Shown: piece by piece, positions 58,336 through 64,000 of the stretch | Layout of the letters: every line of letters starts with the position of its first letter | How positions within the stretch are numbered: position 1 is the stretch's first letter | DNA from: Acidobacteriota bacterium | GTDB taxonomy: Bacteria > Acidobacteriota > UBA890 > WLXD01 | Length of the DNA stretch: 64,000 bases | Direction: 5' to 3' | Assembly: GCA_965248695.1 (NCBI GenBank) | Contig: CBDFKD010000002.1 | Span: 4,992,001 to 5,056,000, forward strand | Position numbers and translations under genes: made by a program | The notes under the pieces: generated by a model | Told to the model about the DNA's origin: nothing | Database searches by the model: none | What the model saw: the letters and a program-made list of their open reading frames with translations, nothing else

Positions 58336-59216
58336 GCCCAGCTCGGCGGCGAGAGGCGGTGGCACATGTACGGGGGCGGCTGGGCGTCTCGGAGAGGCGG
58401 GCGTGTCGGGTACTGAAACAACCACGCACGACACACCGGTACGTGCCAAGAGAGCCGCAACAGGAGCAGATTTTGACGGAGCGGATCGTGGATTTAGCCC
58501 GACAGTACGGGCGCTACGGATATCGGAGGGTGACAGCGTTGCTGCGCATGGAGGGCTGGTCCGTGAACCACAAACGAGTGCAGCGTATCTGGCGGCGCGA
58601 AGGGCTGAAAGTACCGAGAAAACAGCCCAAACGAGCACGGCTGTGGCTGAGCGATGGCTCCTGCATCCGGCTGCGCCCACAGCACCGGGATCATGTCTGG
58701 GCGTATGACTTCCTGCACCACCGGACGCACGACGGTCGGGCTATGAGGCTGCTGACGATCGTCGATGAGTACACACGAGAAAGCCTGGCGATCCATGTAG
58801 CACGGAAGCTCAACTCTGAGGACGTGCTGGAGCAGCTCGGGAGGTTGTTCGTACACCGGGGCATACCTGAGCACATCCGGTCGGATAACGGACCAGAGTT
58901 CACCGCCGAGGCGGTTCGCGACTGGCTGGGCCGGTTGGGCGTGGGGACGCTGTTCATCGAGCCGGGCTCGCCGTGGGAGAACGGTTACGTGGAGAGCTTC
59001 AACGGCAAGCTACGCGACGAGCTGCTGGATGGAGAGATCTTCTACACGCTCAAGGAGGCAAAGGTTCTGATCGAGAGATGGCGTCAGCACTACAACCGCA
59101 TGCGACCGCACAGCTCGCTGAGCTATCGGCCGCCCGCACCCGAAGCGACGTTGTTGAAGCCGGCTGCGCTCCGCTTCGCCGGCCTCAACAACCTCTTGTC
59201 AGCACCGAGTTACTGA
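58332..59216 (+). CDS. IS3 transposase OrfB (-1 frameshift product)
   Basis: YGYRR, WAYDF, DEYTRE, SDNGPEF, PGSPWENGYVESFNG, YN..RPHSSL. Confidence 0.92.
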   Translation: MSPARRREAVAHVRGRLGVSERRACRVLKQPRTTHRYVPREPQQEQILTERIVDLARQYGRYGYRRVTALLRMEGWSVNHKRVQRIWRREGLKVPRKQPKRARLWLSDGSCIRLRPQHRDHVWAYDFLHHRTHDGRAMRLLTIVDEYTRESLAIHVARKLNSEDVLEQLGRLFVHRGIPEHIRSDNGPEFTAEAVRDWLGRLGVGTLFIEPGSPWENGYVESFNGKLRDELLDGEIFYTLKEAKVLIERWRQHYNRMRPHSSLSYRPPAPEATLLKPAALRFAGLNNLLSAPSY

Positions 59217-59562
59217 GATAAGACATGGTACTAACCGCGGGGTCAGGTCAAGGGCGGGACGGGAGACGCGGACACGCGCACACTTCGGGAGCGACAGGGC
59301 TAGCCGGGACATTCGTTCTCTCTTGGCTTTGTGCCAGGGCTAGCCCACATCCTTGGCGGACGACCGAGGTCACCTGGTTAGCAGCTCTAGGGGCGCTTGA
59401 CCAAGAAAGCTTCGGTGCGGCGGATAGCCGCAAAGTAGCCGATCCTCAGAACACCCGTCGGAGGGCGCATAGTGTAGTTGATTGCCGGGCGGGGGATGAG
59501 CGAGCGAAGGGCGGTTTCGGCATACCCAGTGGGGTCGAGGATCTTGTCGCAGCTGTGTCGAG

Positions 59563-59697
59563 TTCCGGGTTCGATGGCACTGCCGGGCGGAGGTGGAAAT
59601 GCGCCCGAGATCCATCGCCAGCGGAGGCGAGATCCAGCCGGTGGGGCAGGGGATGCACCGGAGGACAACGGCGAAATAGAGGGAGTAGCCCCAACGG
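59563..59697 (-). repeat. tRNA-proximal copy of the island repeat
   Basis: tRNA-Glu 3' end, trailer, degenerate promoter CTGGAT-N17-TGGATC, and GCCATCGAACCCGGAA. Confidence 0.8.
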
Positions 59698-59759
59698 GAT
59701 TTGAACCCGTGCCGCCGGCTTGAAAGGCCGGTGTCCTAACCTGGCTAGACGATGGGGCC
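59686..59759 (-). tRNA. tRNA-Glu(TTC)
   Basis: GGCCCCA/TGGGGCT acceptor, CCGGC-CTTTCAA-GCCGG anticodon arm, GGTTCAAATCC T arm; CCA not encoded. Confidence 0.95.
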
Positions 59760-59805
59760 ACCCTGGAAAACCGCTGTGGCGAGGCCGGGTCACTAGGTAG
59801 AAGTG

Positions 59806-59878
59806 TGGGCCGTCAGGGGATCGAACCCTGGACACCCGGCTTAAAAGGCCGGTGCTCTGCCAACTGAGCTAACGGCCC
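59806..59878 (-). tRNA. tRNA-Lys(TTT)
   Basis: GGGCCGT/ACGGCCC acceptor, TAGCTCAGTTGGCAGAGC, CCGGC-CTTTTAA-GCCGG, GGTTCGATCCC. Confidence 0.95.
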
Positions 59879-59917
59879 GGACGGAGTATAAACCGGGTCG
59901 TAGGGTGGCATGCTCGT

Positions 59918-61513
59918 CTATTGCACGATCACGATTGCGTCGTTCGACGCAATCGCATCGCCGCAGCTGTTGCGGGCGATGATCCGAACGTAGTACGTGC
60001 CCGGACCGACCCCCGTCGCCATGAAACTGGTGTTCGGGCTGCTGAGATCTCGACCTGGAATGAGGTCGGATGCGCCGTCTCCTGACCCCGCCTGCAAGAT
60101 GTAGGTGGTGGGCGCGTTGGCACCGCCCTGGCTGCTCCATGTCAGGGTCACGGTTGTTCCGCTGACGCCGGAGGAAACTGTCACCGCGCTCGGCGGGCCG
60201 GTACACGATCCTCCTGCTGGCCCTCCGACATCCAATTCCACCTCATTCGATGGGCCGCTCGTGTCCACGAGATTGGTGGCATGAACACGTAGGAAGTAGG
60301 TTCGACTCCCGACGTTGTGGGTGACCAAGCTCGTCACATTGCCGACTCTCGAGATGACGATGTCACTGCCACCGGACGACGATCCGACGTGCAAAATGTA
60401 CTCGGTTGGAGCGCCACCCGAGCCCGGTGGGCTCCATGAGATCGTTACGGTCGAGCCGTCTGCGGACGCCGTCAGATTCGACGGAGCGCCTGGAGCGCTT
60501 TCTTCACCGCCACCGGTACCGTTCCCCGATCGGTAGTTCGCCACGATCCCGGCAGTCTCCTCGATGACGCGAGCGTTGTTAGAGATGCCTCCAACGCCTA
60601 TCGGGCCCGCCTCCGGCCCGCTGTAGGAAATGTTCGGATTCGAGAAGACAAGGAGCTCCAAGCACACCCGACGGAACCGGTCCACGCACTGGTCCACATA
60701 CGACATGACCGTTTGCCACGACTTGTTTGCCGACGGCCCGATGTGGACATGCCCGTGTCCGTCGCTGGAGTAGGCGCTGCCCTGCACGTACGGGTCGTGC
60801 CCCGGTCCCCATGTTGTGGCCGATCTCGTGAGCGAACGTATAGTTGGACACGCAAAAGAATGACGTCACGCTGAACGCCCATTCCGGGAACCCTGGCGAG
60901 ACCCAAGCGACCCCGCAGAAGTCGATTCCGTAGGTGAGCATGGCGACGAGGTCTGCCGCGTACCGTTCCCTGAGGGCGCCGACCGACTCCGACTTCCTGA
61001 GCCATGACAAGTCGTTGCTCATGGAGGACGATTCCGTGTAGGCGATCTCCTGCGTGTTGGCCAGGGTCAACCGAGCTCCTGAGCCACTGTTGCTGAAGGC
61101 GCCGTTCGTCTGCGCAACCCCCAGAAACGCCAGATTCTGAATGGCTGTCGTCCCACCGGCGCGCTGGCGCGCCTGCGGCGTGTACAGCACGAGGATCCTG
61201 ATGTCGCCGGCGCCATCCTTGGTCGTGGGGGTCGAGGTCTTTGTCTCCGGCTTCGCTGTGTCGCTCGGACGAGCGGGGAGGTGCTCCGGCGGAAGCAGCG
61301 CGCGGTCAATCTCCAGAACCCGATGGGTGCCGGCCCGTCCGGGTCTGACGCTGAAGGCCCGTTGACCGTCGCTGATCTCTGCTGTCAGCACTCCTTGGTG
61401 AACGACGAGGATGGCCTCCTGGTACGGTCGCCCTGGCTGGCAGAAACGAGCAGCAGCGCGAGCGTGATGGTCGGCACCGTTGTAGGGGACCGAAGTAGAT
61501 TGCCCAGGTCCAT
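59918..61513 (-). pseudogene. reprolysin-like (M12) zinc metallopeptidase with two FN3 domains, disrupted
   Basis: ADLV, CGVAW, HEIGHNMG, then a frameshift in the C run at 60800-60803 before HD..TVMSY; FN3 repeats APGAPSNL and GPPSAV; leader is out of frame near 61440. Confidence 0.75.
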
Positions 61514-61578
61514 GACGCTCCCTGAGGCCAGGTAGTTGACAACTGAAGCGTAGCGCCGGAGCAGTTCAGATCCAACGG
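61501..61578 (-). repeat. island repeat copy located upstream of the tRNA pair
   Basis: TTGGAT(61575-61570)-N17-TACGCT(61552-61547); GTCATGGACCTGGGCA at the conserved distance. Confidence 0.8.
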
Positions 61579-61702
61579 CAGGAGCGAGGCGAGAGCGCAG
61601 TGCGGACTGCGGAAGATGCGCCGGTGAACGTCGGCGTTTGCAACCAGTGTTCTACCCTGGGCGCCCGAACAGTGGATCAGGTCGCGGCGAAAGGAGACAT
61701 TC

Positions 61703-62738
61703 ATGGAGTATCGAGCCCTCGGCAGGACTGGCTTGCAGGTTTCCTGTATCGCCTTCGGAACCGACAACTTCCTCGACCCGACGCCGGAGGACGAGTCTCG
61801 GCGCATGCTCGACCGGGCGCTTGATGCGGGGGTGAACTTTCTGGACACGGGCGACGTGTACGCCGGCGGCGAAGCCGAGAAGATGATCGGCCGTGCGCTC
61901 AAGGACAGCGGCCCGGCGGCATGAGGTATTGCTGTCGACGAAGGTCGACCACTGCATGAGCATTCCGGGCCAATCGCTCGACGAGCACAGCCCGACGTCT
62001 GAGCCGAACCGACACGGTCTCTCGAAGTACAACGTCATCCGCGCCTGCGAGAACTCGCTGCGCAGCTTCCAGACCGACACCATCGACGTTTACTACGCTC
62101 ATAGGCACTCTCCCGAGATCCCACTCGACGAGACTCTTTCGGCGCTCGACTACCTGGTGCGCTCCGGCAAGGTCCGCTATGTCGGCACCTCGACGCATCC
62201 GGCGTGGGTGCTAATGGAGACGCTGGCGATCGCCAAGGAGCTCGGATACCAGCGAATCGTCACCGAGCAGCCGCCCTACAACCTGCTGGATCGGCGCATC
62301 GAGAACGAATTGATCCCGATGGCGCAGAAGCACGGCATCGGACTGATTACCTGGGCGCCGATGGGAATGGGAGTGCTGGCTGGCCGCTACGACGACGCCG
62401 ACGATCTACCTCAGGACTCTCGCGCCGTCTACAGGGGCGGCTTCTACCGCGACCGCGTCACGCCACGCGGCGTGGAGGTGGGGAAGCGCTTCGGTGCTAT
62501 CGCACGCGATCTGGGTTTGACATCGGCACAGCTGGCGCTTCTGTGGACCAAGGACCAGCTCGGGGTGACTGCGCCGCTGATGGGACCGCGAACGATGCAG
62601 CATCTCGAGGACGCCCTGCCGGTGGCCGACATGACGCTCGACGACGAGACGCGCGCCGCCTGTGACGCCCTCGTGCCTCCGGGCTCCGCCGTGGCGGACT
62701 TCCACAACACGTCGGGTTGGATGCGGATGTCGGTCTGA
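61703..62738 (+). pseudogene. aldo/keto reductase with a 1-nt frameshift (or sequencing error)
   Basis: MEYRALGRTGL, FLDTGDVY..G.AE; continues LSTK, SLR..QTD.ID, EQPPYNLL, WAPMG; extra C at ~61913. Confidence 0.85.
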
Positions 62739-62896
62739 GGCCCGTAGACGCCAGCGTGCTCCTCGGTTACCCCACATGACCGCTCCTGACTAAGAAATGT
62801 GCAGGATGCTTTCTTCTTGCTTTAAGGTATCTAAAAGAAGTAATTAATCACTTATAGAACTCAATTCTGACTTCTAATAACTACTCCGTGAAGTGA

Positions 62897-63400
62897 ATGA
62901 GCAAGTCGAGTTCCAAGAAGTCCAGGGGCCGTCAGGTCGACGTGAGCCAGGGAGAAGAAAGCCCGATCATTCTCGTGGCCGACGACGACCCGATGATCCG
63001 CCTCACCGCGCGGACGACCCTGGAGAAGTGGGGCATGCGGGTAGCGGAGGCCGACGACGGGCCGGCCGCGCTCGCCGCACTTGACGATCACTACCCGTGG
63101 CTCGTGCTCCTCGATGTGATGATGCCCGGTATGGATGGTTTCGAGGTCTGCCGTCGGTTGCGGGAGTCCGAGGATCACTCACGCATTCCGGTCATGATGC
63201 TGACAGGGCTGGATGATACCGAGTCGATCCGGCGTGCCTATGACGCAGGCGCCACCGATTTCTTCACCAAGCCGGTGAATTGGATGATTCTCGCGGAGCG
63301 GGTGCGGTACATGCTGCGCGCCGCGTATGACAGCGGCCGTCTGGAACTGTGGATCCGGCCCGAGTCCTGTGGAAATAAAGATGGCGTAACCTCCGAGTAG
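62897..63400 (+). CDS. response regulator receiver protein, C-terminus replaced by IS256 sequence
   Basis: ILVADDD, LLDVMMPGMDG, LTG, DFFTKP; the last ~12 codons lie inside the IS256 end. Confidence 0.85.
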   Translation: MSKSSSKKSRGRQVDVSQGEESPIILVADDDPMIRLTARTTLEKWGMRVAEADDGPAALAALDDHYPWLVLLDVMMPGMDGFEVCRRLRESEDHSRIPVMMLTGLDDTESIRRAYDAGATDFFTKPVNWMILAERVRYMLRAAYDSGRLELWIRPESCGNKDGVTSE

Positions 63401-64000
63401 GAAAAACACAAAGCCGCCACGAGCGGCAGGAGGCTACGCCGTGAAGCAGGTTAGCACGGAGGGAACCGGGCTCGTCGAGTTCCGGCAGGACGTACAGGCG
63501 CTGTTGCGCACCAGGATCCGCGAGGCGATCCAGATGACGCTTGACGAGGAGCTCACCGAGGCGCTGGGTTGCGACCGATACGAGCGCAACGGGCAGCGGC
63601 GAGGCTACCGCAACGGCAGCCAAAGGCGTCGGGTGACGACAGCCCAAGGGCTCCAGGAGCTGGACATACCGCGGGGGCGCATCGTGGGGCAAGACGGCAG
63701 CACCCGAGAGTTCCGCAGCGCGATCCTGCCACGGTACGCACGGCGAGCCCGGCAGGTGGACGAGGCGATCCTGGGAGCATACCTGGCGGGAGCCAACACC
63801 CGGCGGATCCGCAAGGCGCTCTCTCCGCTGCTGGGCAAGGCGCACCTGACCAAGAGCACGATCTCCAGGGTGGTGGGGCGCCTGAAGGCGTACTTCGAGC
63901 GCTGGAGACAGCGAGATGTGTCAGGCGAGCGGTACTGGATCCTGTATTTGGACGGGTTCCATCTGAAGGTCAGGCTGGCGAGGCGGGTCGTGTCGGCGCC
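63362..64000 (+). mobile_element. IS256-family element (partial)
   Basis: Putative left end GAGTCCTGTGGAAATAAAGATGGCG followed by a transposase. Confidence 0.8.
63441..64000 (+). CDS. IS256-family transposase, 5' part
   Basis: Manual translation: ELTEALG..RYER...RRGYRNG...PRGR, LPRYARR, YLAGANTRRI, KSTISR, ILYLDG; AGGAGG RBS. Confidence 0.9.
   Translation, partial: MKQVSTEGTGLVEFRQDVQALLRTRIREAIQMTLDEELTEALGCDRYERNGQRRGYRNGSQRRRVTTAQGLQELDIPRGRIVGQDGSTREFRSAILPRYARRARQVDEAILGAYLAGANTRRIRKALSPLLGKAHLTKSTISRVVGRLKAYFERWRQRDVSGERYWILYLDGFHLKVRLARRVVSA

Larger units (their letters stand above)
57991..59250 (+). mobile_element. complete IS3-family element (IS407-group-like)
   Basis: Ends TGACCTGACCCC ... 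GGGGTCAGGTCA; orfA/orfB with GGGAAAC slippery site at ~58323; no target duplication. Confidence 0.92.

Noticed and set aside
59515-59545. GGCATACCCAGTGGGGTCGAGG as a second tRNA-derived att site
   Set aside because: Poor match to a T-arm; better explained as the decayed kinase-like coding remnant on the minus strand.
59478-59723. ORF ending VAPTGFEPVPPA as a real gene
   Set aside because: It is the antisense read of tRNA-Glu and its trailer; the frame is not kept in other repeat copies and no recombinase domain precedes it.
59716-59853. Near-identical anticodon arms of tRNA-Glu and tRNA-Lys
   Set aside because: The match (CCGGC-CTTTNAA-GCCGG) is short and the other arms differ; not evidence of anything unusual.
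30481-61578. Interpreting the dispersed repeat as a CRISPR array or integron attC sites
   Set aside because: Spacing is kilobases and irregular, no cas or intI gene is present, and there is no RYYYAAC...GTTRRRY palindromic structure.
62790-62895. dif site or replication origin
   Set aside because: No XerC/XerD-type 28-bp consensus and no DnaA-box cluster seen.

Overview
GC-rich bacterial window, probably Acidobacteriota (inferred from gene content). 1-18.8 kb is housekeeping. It holds divergent pyr genes (pyrB'-pyrR under a PyrR attenuator; pyrK-pyrD-rlpA-pyrF-rnc), mnmA and a cysteine desulfurase, an acyl-CoA dehydrogenase, tRNA-Gly, bactofilin, ald, a lipoate ligase, tonB-exbB-exbD-miaA, and thiolase with 3-hydroxyacyl-CoA dehydrogenase. 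From ~18.8 kb to a minus-strand tRNA-Lys/tRNA-Glu pair (59.7-59.9 kb) lies a ~41 kb accessory island downstream of tRNA-Glu. It is mostly minus-strand, often export-signalled amine/peptide catabolic genes, with gene fragments, a MITE and nested IS3 elements. The main observation is a dispersed, co-oriented ~130 bp repeat (about 10 recognisable copies). The repeat consists of the 3' end of tRNA-Glu, a conserved sigma70-type promoter and a decayed 'MEPGTRLG'-like gene start. It divides the island into small integrase-free units of about 0.9-5 kb, and most copies sit just upstream of a different cargo gene. This is a candidate tRNA-anchored, promoter-supplying gene-cassette array. The window ends with a disrupted M12 peptidase, a frameshifted aldo/keto reductase, a response regulator interrupted by IS256, and a partial IS256 transposase. 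All calls are by eye; no database searches were run.
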